From NCBI GenBank assembly GCA_035456045.1, contig DATIDZ010000260.1, forward strand, positions 1-40,339: a DNA stretch of 40,339 nt. Reading direction: 5' to 3'. Numbering within the stretch: the stretch's first letter is position 1; each line of letters opens with the position of its first letter. Made by a program: the position numbers and the translations under genes. Of this stretch, positions 17,588-26,830 are shown one piece after another. The notes beneath the pieces are model-generated. The model did not search any database. It worked only from the letters and a program-made list of their open reading frames with translations, and was not told where the DNA came from. Origin of the DNA: Caldimonas sp. (GTDB lineage: Bacteria > Pseudomonadota > Gammaproteobacteria > Burkholderiales > Burkholderiaceae_C).

Positions 17588-18852
17588 TCCGCGTCGATGC
17601 CGCGACGCTTCGCCTCGCCGACTGGATTCGCCCCGGCGACGGCATCGTCATGGGCCAAGGCACGGCCGAGCCGCTGACGCTGACCGAAGCGCTCGTACGC
17701 CAGCGCGGCGAGCTCGGCGGCGTCAGCGCCTTCCTCGCCGCGATGTTCTCCGACACCTTCCGGCCCGGCGCCGTCGACGGCCTCTTCCTGCACGGCATGG
17801 GCGGCGTCGGCACGAACCGGCGCCTGATCAAGGCCGGCGCGATGGACGTCGTGCCGTGCCATGTCTCCCAGAACGCCGAGTTCATCGCCGACGGCACGAT
17901 CGCCTGCGACGTCGCGCTCGTCCAGGTCGCTCCGGCCGACGAGCACGGCCGCTACAGCCTCGGGCTCGGCGCCGACCACACGCGCGCCGCCGTCGACAAG
18001 GCGCGCGTCGTCATCGCCGAGGTGAACCGGCAGGTGCCGCAGACGCGGTGCGACGTCGCGCTCACCGACGCCGACATCGACGTGCTGGTCGAGAGCGACC
18101 GCCAGCCGATCCAGTTGCCGAGCGCGGCGATCGGCGAGCTCGAGCGGCGCATCGCCCGCCACGTCGATTCCTTCATCCCGGACCGCGCGACGCTGCAGGT
18201 CGGCTTCGGCGCGATTCCCGAGGCGATCATCGCCATGCTCGGCAACCGGCGCGACCTCGGCGTGCACTCGGGCATGGTCGGCGACTCGCTGGTCGAGCTG
18301 GTCGAGCGCGGCGTCGTCACCAACGCCGCAAAGGGCATGGACGAGGGCGTCAGCATCACCGGCGTGCTGTTCGGCACCGACGCCAGGCTCTACCGCTTCG
18401 CGCACCGCAATCCGGCCGTCAAGCTGTGCCCGGTGAGCTACACGCACGCCTTCGGCGTCCTTTCGCGCCTGCCGCGCTACGTCTCGATCAACTCGGCGCT
18501 CGAGGTCGACCTCACCGGCCAGGTGAACGCGGAAAGCATCGGCGGCGACTACATCGGCGCCGTCGGCGGCCAGGTCGACTTCGTGCGAGCGGGCAGCCGC
18601 TCGCCGGGCGGCGCGTCGATCATCGCGCTGCCGAGCGCGGCCAAGGGCGGCGCGCTCTCGCGCATCGTCGCGCGGCTGAGCGGGCCGGTGACGACGGCGC
18701 GCAGCGACGTCGACGTCGTCGCCACCGAGCACGGCGCCGTCCGCCTGCGCGGCCTCGCCTTCAGGCAGCGCGTCAAGGCGATGATCGAGCTCGCCGCGCC
18801 TGCGCATCGCGAGGCGCTGGCGCGCGAAGCGCACGCGCTCTACGGCAGCTGA
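17584..18852 (+). CDS. Acetyl-CoA hydrolase/CoA-transferase (4-hydroxybutyrate CoA-transferase/RipA-like)
   Basis: TLQVGFGAIP, LGVHSGM, INSALEVDLTGQVNAE, GGQVDFVRAG, VVATEHG; GTGA overlap with the upstream gene. Confidence 0.92.
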   Translation: MIRVDAATLRLADWIRPGDGIVMGQGTAEPLTLTEALVRQRGELGGVSAFLAAMFSDTFRPGAVDGLFLHGMGGVGTNRRLIKAGAMDVVPCHVSQNAEFIADGTIACDVALVQVAPADEHGRYSLGLGADHTRAAVDKARVVIAEVNRQVPQTRCDVALTDADIDVLVESDRQPIQLPSAAIGELERRIARHVDSFIPDRATLQVGFGAIPEAIIAMLGNRRDLGVHSGMVGDSLVELVERGVVTNAAKGMDEGVSITGVLFGTDARLYRFAHRNPAVKLCPVSYTHAFGVLSRLPRYVSINSALEVDLTGQVNAESIGGDYIGAVGGQVDFVRAGSRSPGGASIIALPSAAKGGALSRIVARLSGPVTTARSDVDVVATEHGAVRLRGLAFRQRVKAMIELAAPAHREALAREAHALYGS

Positions 18853-18896
18853 CCGCTGCGACGTCGCGGGCGCCGTTCGCTCCGCGTCGGCCTGCG

Positions 18897-19688
18897 CTAG
18901 TCGCCCGAGAAGTCGGGCTTGCGCTTCTCGACGAAGGCGTTGACCGCCTCGACGTGATGAGCGGTCTTGTGCGCGACCGCCTGAAATCCCGCCGACATCT
19001 CGAGCAGGCTCTCGAGTCGCGTGTGCTGCCCCTCGCGCAGCAGCCGCTTCGTCAGCCGCAGGCCCGCGCCCGGATTCGCGGCGATGCGGCCGGCGAGCGC
19101 GAGCGCTTCCTCCATGAGCCGCTCGGCCGGCACGACGCGCGACACCAGCCCGCACGCCAGCGCCTCGGCCGCCGACAGCGAGTCGCCGGTGAACGACATC
19201 TCCGCCGCCTTCGACATGCCGACGACGCGCGGCAGCAGCCAGGCGCCGCCGTCGCCGGGAATGAGGCCGACCTTGACGAAGCTCTCGGCGAACGATGCCG
19301 TCTCGGACGCGATGCGGATGTCGCACATGCAGGTCAGGTCGCAGCCCGCGCCGATCGCCGCGCCGTTGACCGCGGCGATCGTCGGCACCTCGAGGTTGTA
19401 GAGCGCGGTCGCGAGGCGCTGGATGCCCTGGCGGTACCAGTGGCGGATCTCGCTCGGCGGCGCGTCGAAGAGCGACTGCATGTGCTTGAGGTTGCCGCCC
19501 GACGAGAACACCGTGCCGGCGCCGGTGACGATGACGCAGCGCACCGACGTGTCGTCGGCGATGCGCGCGCACGCGTCGACGAATTCCTGCGGCGCGCTGT
19601 TGCCGGTGAGCGCGTTGCGCGTCTCGGCGGCGTCCATCGTCAGCGTGACGATGGCGCCCGACTGCTCGTGGCGGAGGAAAGGCTTCAT
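18897..19688 (-). CDS. Crotonase/enoyl-CoA hydratase family protein
   Basis: MKPFLRHEQSGAIVTLT, FSSGGNL, PTIAAVNGAAIGAGCDL, GLIPGDGGAW, AFVEKRKPDF. Confidence 0.93.
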   Translation of the reverse strand: MKPFLRHEQSGAIVTLTMDAAETRNALTGNSAPQEFVDACARIADDTSVRCVIVTGAGTVFSSGGNLKHMQSLFDAPPSEIRHWYRQGIQRLATALYNLEVPTIAAVNGAAIGAGCDLTCMCDIRIASETASFAESFVKVGLIPGDGGAWLLPRVVGMSKAAEMSFTGDSLSAAEALACGLVSRVVPAERLMEEALALAGRIAANPGAGLRLTKRLLREGQHTRLESLLEMSAGFQAVAHKTAHHVEAVNAFVEKRKPDFSGD

Positions 19689-20707
19689 GGTCGGAGCTCG
19701 TCGTTGGAAGGAATGAGGGCGCTGCGCATGAAGTCGAGCGCGCCGCCCTCGGCATCGAGCAGGGCGCGGCCGACGACGCGGTTCCAGTGGCCCTCGGCGC
19801 CGTAGTCGGCGCGACCCTCGTGCAGGCGTCGCGTGTAGAGCTGCAGGTCGAGCTCGGCGGTGATGCCGATGGCGCCGTGGATCGCGTGCGCCATCGGCGC
19901 GACCATCGCCGCCGCCTCGCTCGTGCGCGCCTTGGCGAGCGCGGCGCGCAGCGGGGCCGGCAGCGGTCCGGCGCCGGCGCAGCCGATCTCGGCTGCCATG
20001 CGCGCCGCGGCGACGTGCTCGGCCATCACCGCGAGCTGGTGCTGGATCGCCTGGAACTTGCCGATCGACTTGCCGAACTGGACGCGGTCGTTGGCGAACG
20101 CGACGGTGAGCTCGAGCACGCGCGCCATCGCGCCGGCAAGCAGCGCTGCGGTGATCGCGGCGCCCGCCTCCTGCGGTGCGAGCGACGACGTGGCGACGAC
20201 CGCATCGGCCGGCATCGTCGGCCAGCGGAGGTCGGCGCGCAAGCTGGCGTGGACGCCGCTCGACGTGCGCTCGGCGCCCGCGACCGGCAGGACGCGCCAG
20301 CCCGCCGCGAGGGTCACCAGGACCGACTCGGCGACGCGACCGTACGGGGTCGCGGCGCAGGTGATCGCACCGTCGGCGGCGACGCGCGCCTGCGTCGCGA
20401 TCGCGATCGGTCCCGAGGGCGCGGCGAGGCCGTCGCGCGCCAGCAGCGCGCGCACGAGCATGGTCTGCGCGAGCGGCACCGGCAGCGCGTGACGGCCTTC
20501 GGCGAGGAAGAGCGGCAACGCGTCGGCGAGGCGCAGCCCCGCGCCGCCGGCCGGCTCCGGGACCAGCGTGTCGACGAAGCCCGACGCCGCCAGGCGCGCC
20601 CACAGCGGCGCCGGATCGCCGCCGCGCTCGATCTCGCGCACCAGCGCGGCCGGGCACGCGTCGGCGAGCAGGCGCTCGAACGGCTCGACCAGCTCGTGCT
20701 CGCTCAT
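19685..20707 (-). CDS. Acyl-CoA dehydrogenase, short partner subunit of a probable heteromeric ACAD
   Basis: 340 aa with a degenerate N-terminal half; RVQFGKSIGKFQAIQHQLA, HAIHGAIGITAE. Confidence 0.88.
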   Translation of the reverse strand: MSEHELVEPFERLLADACPAALVREIERGGDPAPLWARLAASGFVDTLVPEPAGGAGLRLADALPLFLAEGRHALPVPLAQTMLVRALLARDGLAAPSGPIAIATQARVAADGAITCAATPYGRVAESVLVTLAAGWRVLPVAGAERTSSGVHASLRADLRWPTMPADAVVATSSLAPQEAGAAITAALLAGAMARVLELTVAFANDRVQFGKSIGKFQAIQHQLAVMAEHVAAARMAAEIGCAGAGPLPAPLRAALAKARTSEAAAMVAPMAHAIHGAIGITAELDLQLYTRRLHEGRADYGAEGHWNRVVGRALLDAEGGALDFMRSALIPSNDELRP

Positions 20708-21897
20708 CTCAGCCCCAGGCCGCGCGCGATCAGGCCGCGCAGCACCTCGCGCGTGCCGCCGCGCAGCGAGAACGTCGGCGCGAACTGCGTGATGTAGGCG
20801 AGCGTGCGCAGCAGCGACGCCGGCACCTCGTTCCCGGCCCGCGCGGTGCTGGCGCCTGCGTCCGCGCTGGCGCTCGCCTGCGCCGTCGCGATCGCATCGG
20901 CGATCGCGATCGGCGTGAACTGCTCGAGCTCGGTGCCGAGGTCCTTGACCAGCGAGGCCTCGGTCATCGGGCTGCCGCCGGCCCCGGCCTTCGCGGTGAC
21001 CGCCACCGACATCGAGCGCAGCGTCGCCTTGTGCACGAGGATGCGGCCGGCGAGCGCGACCGACGCGGGGTCGTCGGTCCTGCTCGCGCGCAGGAAATCG
21101 AGCCAGGCCTCGAGCAGCACCATGCTCGAATAGATGCGCTCGGGGCCGCTGCGCTCGAAGGCCAGCTCGGCCGTCACCTGCGCCCAGCCCGAGCCCTCGC
21201 TGCCGACGAGCGCCTCGCGCGGCAGGTCGACGTCGTCGAAGAAGACCTCGCTGAAGTGCCTGTCGCCGGTGAGGTCCTCGATCGGCCGGATCGTGATGCC
21301 CGGCGTCTTCAGGTCGATCAGCAGCTGCGACAGGCCGCGCTGGCGGTCTTCCGGCGCGCCCGAGGTGCGAACGAGGGCGATCATGTAATGCGAGTGATCG
21401 GCGTTGGTGGTCCAGATCTTCTGGCCGGTGACGCGCCAGCCGGTCGCCGTCGCCGTCGCGCGCGTCCGCACGCTCGCGAGGTCGGAGCCCGCCTGCGGCT
21501 CGCTCATGCCGATCGAGAAGAACATGTCGCCGCGGCAGACCGCGGGAACGAAGAAGCGCTTCTGGTCCTCGGTGCCGTAGCGCAGGATCATCGGCGCGCT
21601 CTGGCGCTCGGCGATCCAGTGCGCCGACACCGGCGCGCCTCGCGCGAGCAGCTCTTCGACCAGGACGAAGCGCGCAAACGCGTCGCGACCGCCGCCGCCG
21701 TACTCGCGCGGCAGCGCCAGGCCGATCCAGCCGCGCGCGCCGAGGGCGCGGCTGAACGCGGCGTCGAAGCCGAGCCAGGAGCGCGCGCGAACGTCGGGCG
21801 CGATGCCGGCGAGGGTCTCGTCGAGGAAGCGCCGGACGTCGTCGCGCAGCGCCTCGGCGGCCTCGGGCAGCGGCTGCAGCGAGAGCGGCTCGATCAC
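20704..21897 (-). CDS. Acyl-CoA dehydrogenase (catalytic-type subunit, FadE26/PimC-like)
   Basis: FSIGMSEPQAGSDLAS, GQKIWTT, FSEVFFDDV, ELAFERSGPE, FSLRGGTREVLRGLIARGLGLR; ATGA-coupled to the partner subunit. Confidence 0.92.
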   Translation of the reverse strand: MIEPLSLQPLPEAAEALRDDVRRFLDETLAGIAPDVRARSWLGFDAAFSRALGARGWIGLALPREYGGGGRDAFARFVLVEELLARGAPVSAHWIAERQSAPMILRYGTEDQKRFFVPAVCRGDMFFSIGMSEPQAGSDLASVRTRATATATGWRVTGQKIWTTNADHSHYMIALVRTSGAPEDRQRGLSQLLIDLKTPGITIRPIEDLTGDRHFSEVFFDDVDLPREALVGSEGSGWAQVTAELAFERSGPERIYSSMVLLEAWLDFLRASRTDDPASVALAGRILVHKATLRSMSVAVTAKAGAGGSPMTEASLVKDLGTELEQFTPIAIADAIATAQASASADAGASTARAGNEVPASLLRTLAYITQFAPTFSLRGGTREVLRGLIARGLGLR

Positions 21898-21930
21898 GCG
21901 CGCCCCCTGGCCCTCAGCCGGCCCGCGAGC

Positions 21931-22950
21931 TCACTTGAGCCCGGCCTTGAACGCATTGAGCACCTCGGTGCCCGACTTGCCGCGCTTGTCGAGGCTGTCG
22001 GCCCAGTCCTTGGCGACGTCCTGCATCATCGTCGCCACGGCGGCGTGGTCGGCCGGCGACAGCGGCGCGAGCTTGACGCCGGCCGCCTTGACCTTCTCGA
22101 TGTCGCCGGCTTCGTCCTTCTCGACCTGCGTGCATGCCGCCTTGGTGAGCTGCTCGCCCATCGCCGTCAGGTCCTGCTGCACCGCGGGCGGCAGGCTCTG
22201 GAAGCGCTTCTCGCTGATCACCCAGTTGGCGACGAAGGTGCCGAAGTTCTCGCCGATCGTCCCGGTCTTCGAGAGCTTGTGGATCTCGTACGGCGCCAGG
22301 CTGTTGAACGGGAACAGGACGCCGTCGATGGTGCCGCGCGAGAGCGACTCGTAGACGTCGGGCGTCGGCATCAGCACGGGCGTTGCCTTCAGCTTCTTGA
22401 TCACCAGCTCCTTGGCCGAGCCCGAGGCGCGGATCTTCATGCCCTCGATGTCCTTGAGGCTCGCGAACGGCTTCCTCGTGATGATCTGGTACGGCGGCAG
22501 CACGATCGTGAAGAGCAGCCGCACGCCGTTCGGCGCGAACTCCTTCTTGTCGAGCAGGCCGCCCGGCTTGGCGAGGTTCCAGTACGCCATCGTCGCCTGG
22601 CACGAGCCGCTGAAGTCGAGCGGCAGCTCGCTGACGACCGACAGCGGCATCTTGTCGGAGACGAAGCCCGGAGCGACGTAGGCGATGTCGATCACGCCCG
22701 ACTGGACGAGCGAGAGGAAATCCTTGGCCTTGCCCATCTGCTCGGCCGGGTAGTACTCGAACTCGATGCCCTTGGCGGCGGGGTTGGCCTTCAGCCGCTC
22801 CATCATCGGCGTGGTGATGTACTTCGGCAGGTAGTGGCCGACCGGGAACGAGTCGGCGATCTTGATCTTGGTCGTCGTCTGCGCGGAGGCGGCGGCGAAC
22901 GAGACGACGGCGGCGAGCGCCAGCGCGGTCTTGGCGAACTGCTTGAGCAT
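21931..22950 (-). CDS. TRAP transporter substrate-binding protein DctP
   Basis: Signal peptide, IADSFPVGH, YPAEQMGK, GMKIRASG, DVYESLSRGTIDG. Confidence 0.93.
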   Translation of the reverse strand: MLKQFAKTALALAAVVSFAAASAQTTTKIKIADSFPVGHYLPKYITTPMMERLKANPAAKGIEFEYYPAEQMGKAKDFLSLVQSGVIDIAYVAPGFVSDKMPLSVVSELPLDFSGSCQATMAYWNLAKPGGLLDKKEFAPNGVRLLFTIVLPPYQIITRKPFASLKDIEGMKIRASGSAKELVIKKLKATPVLMPTPDVYESLSRGTIDGVLFPFNSLAPYEIHKLSKTGTIGENFGTFVANWVISEKRFQSLPPAVQQDLTAMGEQLTKAACTQVEKDEAGDIEKVKAAGVKLAPLSPADHAAVATMMQDVAKDWADSLDKRGKSGTEVLNAFKAGLK

Positions 22951-22984
22951 GGTGTCGAACCTTTCTGGGTGAGGCGAGGAACGG

Positions 22985-24274
22985 TCAGGGCGCCATCTGC
23001 GCCGGCAGCCACAGGATGATCGAGGGAAACGCCACCAGCACCGCGAGCAGCAGCAGGTGGCTGAAGACGTGCGGCCAGACCCCGGCGAAGATCTCCTGCA
23101 GCGGCCGCTTGGCGTAGCGCGAGACGACGAACACGTTGAGCCCGACCGGCGGCGTGACCAGGCCGACCTCGGCGACGACGATGACGATGACGCCGAACCA
23201 GACCGGATCGAAGCCGAGCGCCTTGATCAGCGGCAGGACGATCGGCACCGTCAGGATCAGGATCGCGACCTGGTCCATCAGGCAGCCGAGGACGATGTAG
23301 CCGAACAGGATGAAGGCGAGGATCACCCAGCGCGAGACCTGCAGGGCGCCGACCCAGCGCACGATGCCCTGGGTCGACTGCGTCAGGGTGAAGAAGTAGC
23401 CGAAGATCTTGGCGCAGACGACGATCATGATGATCATGCAGGCCGCGTGCGCCGCGTGCGTGAGCGCCTTGACGAGCGAGGCGCGGTTGACCTTGCCCTC
23501 GCGGATGGCGAGCACGAAGGCGCCAAACGCGCCCAGCCCCGACGCCTCGGTCGGCGTCGCGATGCCGCTGTAGATGACGCCGGTGACCATCATGAAGAGC
23601 ACGATCATCGGCCCGACGACCTTGAGCGAGCGGATCTTCTCGCCCATCGTGTAGGCCATTCCGCGCGGCGCCGAGGTCGGGTCGATCGCGACCAGCGCCC
23701 ACACAGTCGCCATGATCGTCAGCGTGACGAGGATGCCGGGGATGACGCCGCCGATCAGGAGCTGGCCGATGCTGACGTCGGCGATGATCCCGTAGAGCAC
23801 GAGCGCGATGCTCGGCGGGATCAGCATCGCCAGCGTCCCCGAGATCGCGACGACGCCGCCGGCGAGCTTGGGGTCGTAGCCCGCCTTCAGCATCGCCGGC
23901 ATCGTCGTCGACGAGAGCGTCGCCGCCGACGCGGTGCTCGAGCCCGAGATCGCGCCGAAGCCGGCGCCGGCGAGCGCCGTCGCCATGCCGAGGCCGCCCG
24001 GGACGCGGCCGACCCACGTCGACGCCGCCTTGAACAGGTCGTCGGCGACGCCGCTCAGGATCACGAACTCGGCCATCAGGATGAACATCGGGATCGAGAT
24101 CAGCTCGTACGAGCCGGCGGTCGAGAGCGGCGTCGTCGTGATGACGCCGGCGAGGACGTCGAGGCCGCCGATCAGGTACAGGCCGACGCTGCCCGAGACG
24201 ACGAGCGCGAACGCGACCGGCATGCCGGCCGCGAGCAGGACGAAGAGCAGCAGCGTGACGCCCGCCGACATCAT
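22985..24274 (-). CDS. TRAP transporter large permease DctM
   Basis: GMPVAFAL, IPMFILM, FGAISGSSTASA, LIPPSI, ATPTEA, GFDPVWFG, VTPPVGLNVFV. Start at ATG 24274. Confidence 0.95.
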   Translation of the reverse strand: MMSAGVTLLLFVLLAAGMPVAFALVVSGSVGLYLIGGLDVLAGVITTTPLSTAGSYELISIPMFILMAEFVILSGVADDLFKAASTWVGRVPGGLGMATALAGAGFGAISGSSTASAATLSSTTMPAMLKAGYDPKLAGGVVAISGTLAMLIPPSIALVLYGIIADVSIGQLLIGGVIPGILVTLTIMATVWALVAIDPTSAPRGMAYTMGEKIRSLKVVGPMIVLFMMVTGVIYSGIATPTEASGLGAFGAFVLAIREGKVNRASLVKALTHAAHAACMIIMIVVCAKIFGYFFTLTQSTQGIVRWVGALQVSRWVILAFILFGYIVLGCLMDQVAILILTVPIVLPLIKALGFDPVWFGVIVIVVAEVGLVTPPVGLNVFVVSRYAKRPLQEIFAGVWPHVFSHLLLLAVLVAFPSIILWLPAQMAP

Positions 24275-24843
24275 GGCGTCAGCTCCTCGGTGCCCGAGAT
24301 CGGCGGCAGCGCCGTCACCTCGCGGCCGGTGGCGAGCGTCGCGACGTAGCCGAGCGCGTTGATCGCGAGGCGCAGCGTCAGCAGGCCGAAGCCGATCGGC
24401 AGCATCAGGCTGATCGTCCAGGTCGGCAGCGCCAGGCCGCTGGTCGACGTCGCGGCGGTCCGGATGTCGTCCAGCGTGTGCTGGGCCGAGACGACCGTGC
24501 ACAACGCGAACACCGGCGTCGCGAGCGTGCTCACCAGCGCCTCGAGCACGTAGCGCGTGCGCCGGCCGACGTAGTTGTGGACGATGTCGACGGCGACGTG
24601 GGCGTGCGCCTTCAGCGTGTGCGACGCGGCGAAGAAGAACAGGCCCGGCATCAGGTAGCTCGAGATCACCTCGTACGACCACTGCAGCGGCGAGTTGAAG
24701 AGATAGCGCAAGGCGACGTCGGCGACGACGACGAACATCAGGCCGAAGAGCATCAGGCAGCCGATCACCATCAGCACGTTGTCGATCGCGTCGACGACGC
24801 GGCGCAGGCGACCGTAGAGCGTCGATCCGGGCGCGGCGCTCAT
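24271..24843 (-). CDS. TRAP transporter small permease DctQ
   Basis: DVALRYLFNSPLQWSYE, HVAVDI, four TM helices. Start MSAAPG at 24843 with ATGA coupling. Confidence 0.92.
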   Translation of the reverse strand: MSAAPGSTLYGRLRRVVDAIDNVLMVIGCLMLFGLMFVVVADVALRYLFNSPLQWSYEVISSYLMPGLFFFAASHTLKAHAHVAVDIVHNYVGRRTRYVLEALVSTLATPVFALCTVVSAQHTLDDIRTAATSTSGLALPTWTISLMLPIGFGLLTLRLAINALGYVATLATGREVTALPPISGTEELTP

Positions 24844-25628
24844 CGGCCTTTCCACTGCGGCTTTCTCTTCTCGCGGAATGCGCGCGGGCCTTCCTGGGCG
24901 TCCTCGCTCCGATAGACCGACTCGAACAGGTGGGAGCCGGCGCGCAATGCCGCCGAGCGTCCCATCTCGGTCGAGAGGTACACCATCTCGCGCGCGGCGC
25001 GCACCGTGAGCGGCGCGTTCTCGGCGATCTTCGCGGCCATCGCGAACGCGCGCGGCAGCAGCTCCGCGGCCGGGACGACGTGGTTGACGAAGCCGATCTC
25101 GTGCGCGCGCCGCGCATCGATCGGCTCGCCCGTCAGCAGCAGCTCCATCGCCGCGCGCTGCTGGACCATGCCGACCAGCGGCGCCGCCCACGGCATGCCG
25201 CGGCCGACGCGCGCCTCGGTGATGGCGAACGTCGCGTGCTCGGCGGCGATGCAGAGGTCGCACATCTGCGCGAGCAGCCAGCCGCCGGCGAAGGCGACGC
25301 CGTTGACGGCGGCGATCGTCGGCTTGGTGACGTCGAGGCCCTGGCCGATGATCGGCAGGAAGCCTTTCGGCGGCACCGCGAGCGCCATCTCGGCGGCTTC
25401 CTTCAGGTCCATGCCGGCACAGAACGCCTTCGGCCCGGCGCCAGTGAGGATCGCGACGCGTGCCGAGTCGTCGGCCTCGAAGCGCCTGAAGGCGGCGAAG
25501 AGGCCGGCGCGCACCTCGGCGTTGATCGCGTTGAGCTGCGCCGGCCGGTCGATCGTGACGAGGACGACGGCGCCGGTCTGCTCGTAGCGGACCGCGGTCG
25601 ATGCGGCCGGTGTGGTGTCGTCGCTCAT
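24840..25628 (-). CDS. Enoyl-CoA hydratase/isomerase family protein
   Basis: IDRPAQLNAI, AFCAGMDLKE, KPTIAAVNGVAFAGG, EGPRAFREKRKPQWKGR. Start MSDDTT at 25628. Confidence 0.93.
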   Translation of the reverse strand: MSDDTTPAASTAVRYEQTGAVVLVTIDRPAQLNAINAEVRAGLFAAFRRFEADDSARVAILTGAGPKAFCAGMDLKEAAEMALAVPPKGFLPIIGQGLDVTKPTIAAVNGVAFAGGWLLAQMCDLCIAAEHATFAITEARVGRGMPWAAPLVGMVQQRAAMELLLTGEPIDARRAHEIGFVNHVVPAAELLPRAFAMAAKIAENAPLTVRAAREMVYLSTEMGRSAALRAGSHLFESVYRSEDAQEGPRAFREKRKPQWKGR

Positions 25629-25653
25629 CGTGTCGTCGCTGATCGTGTCGATG
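25615..25653. repeat. 15-bp tandem repeat, about 2.6 copies, spanning the crotonase start codon
   Basis: GTGTCGTCGCTCATC GTGTCGTCGCTGATC GTGTCGATG. Confidence 0.7.
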
Positions 25654-25663
25654 CCTGCTCGTT

Positions 25664-26830
25664 TCAATACGACTTCGGCAGGCCGAGCACCTTCTCGGCG
25701 ATGTAGCACATCACGAGCTGCGGGCTGATCGGCGCGATGCGCGGGATCATGACCTCGCGCAGGTAGCGCTCGACGTGGTACTCCTTGGCGTAGCCGAAGC
25801 CGCCGTGCGTCATCACCGCCTGCTGGCAGGCGTTGAAGCCGGCCTCGCCGGCGAGGTACTTGGCGGCGTTGGCGGCGGCGCCGCAGTTCATGCCGTTGTC
25901 GTACTGCCAGGCCGCCTGCATGACGACCAGGTTCGCCGCCTCGAGCTCCATCCAGTTCTGCGCGAGCGGGTGCTGGATCGCCTGGTTCTGGCCGATCGGC
26001 CGGTTGAAGACGACGCGCTCCTTCGCGTACGCGACCGCGCGCTCGAGCGCGAGCCGGCCGATGCCGACCGCCTCAGCGGCGATCAGCACGCGCTCGGGAT
26101 TCATGCCGTGCAGGATGTACTCGAAGCCGCGCCCTTCCTCGCCGATCAGGTCGTCGGCCGGGATCTCGAAGTCGGCGAAGAAGAGCTCGTTCGAGTCGAC
26201 GCACTTGCGGCCCATCTTCTCGATCTCGCGCACCGAGATGCGCTCGCGGTCGAAGTCGGTGTAGAAGAGGCTGAGGCCGTGCGTGGGCTTGGTCACCTCC
26301 TCGAGCGGCGTCGTGCGCGCGAGCAGGAGGATGCGGTCGGCCACCTGCGCCGTCGAGATCCACACCTTCTGGCCGTTGACGACGTAGCGGTCGCCCTTCT
26401 TCACTGCGCGCAGCTTCAGCTGCGTCGTGTTGAGGCCCGTGTTCGGCTCGGTGACGCCGAAGCAGCTCTTGACCTCGCCGCGCGCGATCGGCGGCAGCAT
26501 TCGGCGGCGCTGCGCCTCGCTGCCGAACACCGCGACCGGATTCAGGCCGAACAGGTTGATGTGCACCGACGACGCCGCCGACATGCCGCCGCCAGACTGG
26601 GCGATCGTCTGCATCATGATCGCCGCCTCGGTGATGCCGAGGCCCGCGCCGCCGTACGCCTCGCCGATGCACATGCCGAGCCAGCCGTCGTTCGCCAGCG
26701 CCCGGTAGAACTCCTCGGGGAAGCGCCCGTCGTGGTCGCGCTCGAACCAGTAAGCGTCGTCGAAGCGCGCGCAGACCTTGGCGATCGCGTCGCGTATCCC
26801 TTCCTGCTGCTCGCTCAGCGCGAAGTTCAT
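25664..26830 (-). CDS. Acyl-CoA dehydrogenase
   Basis: MNFALSEQQ, CFGVTEPNTGLNT, GQKVWIS, GMNPERVLIAAE, IGQNQAIQHPLA, HGGFGYAKEYHVERYLRE. Confidence 0.95.
   Translation of the reverse strand: MNFALSEQQEGIRDAIAKVCARFDDAYWFERDHDGRFPEEFYRALANDGWLGMCIGEAYGGAGLGITEAAIMMQTIAQSGGGMSAASSVHINLFGLNPVAVFGSEAQRRRMLPPIARGEVKSCFGVTEPNTGLNTTQLKLRAVKKGDRYVVNGQKVWISTAQVADRILLLARTTPLEEVTKPTHGLSLFYTDFDRERISVREIEKMGRKCVDSNELFFADFEIPADDLIGEEGRGFEYILHGMNPERVLIAAEAVGIGRLALERAVAYAKERVVFNRPIGQNQAIQHPLAQNWMELEAANLVVMQAAWQYDNGMNCGAAANAAKYLAGEAGFNACQQAVMTHGGFGYAKEYHVERYLREVMIPRIAPISPQLVMCYIAEKVLGLPKSY

Noticed and set aside
17446-21000. Long overlapping ORFs 17446..19755(-), 17856..19805(+) and 19787..20797(+)
   Set aside because: Shadow frames of well-supported CoA-metabolism genes.
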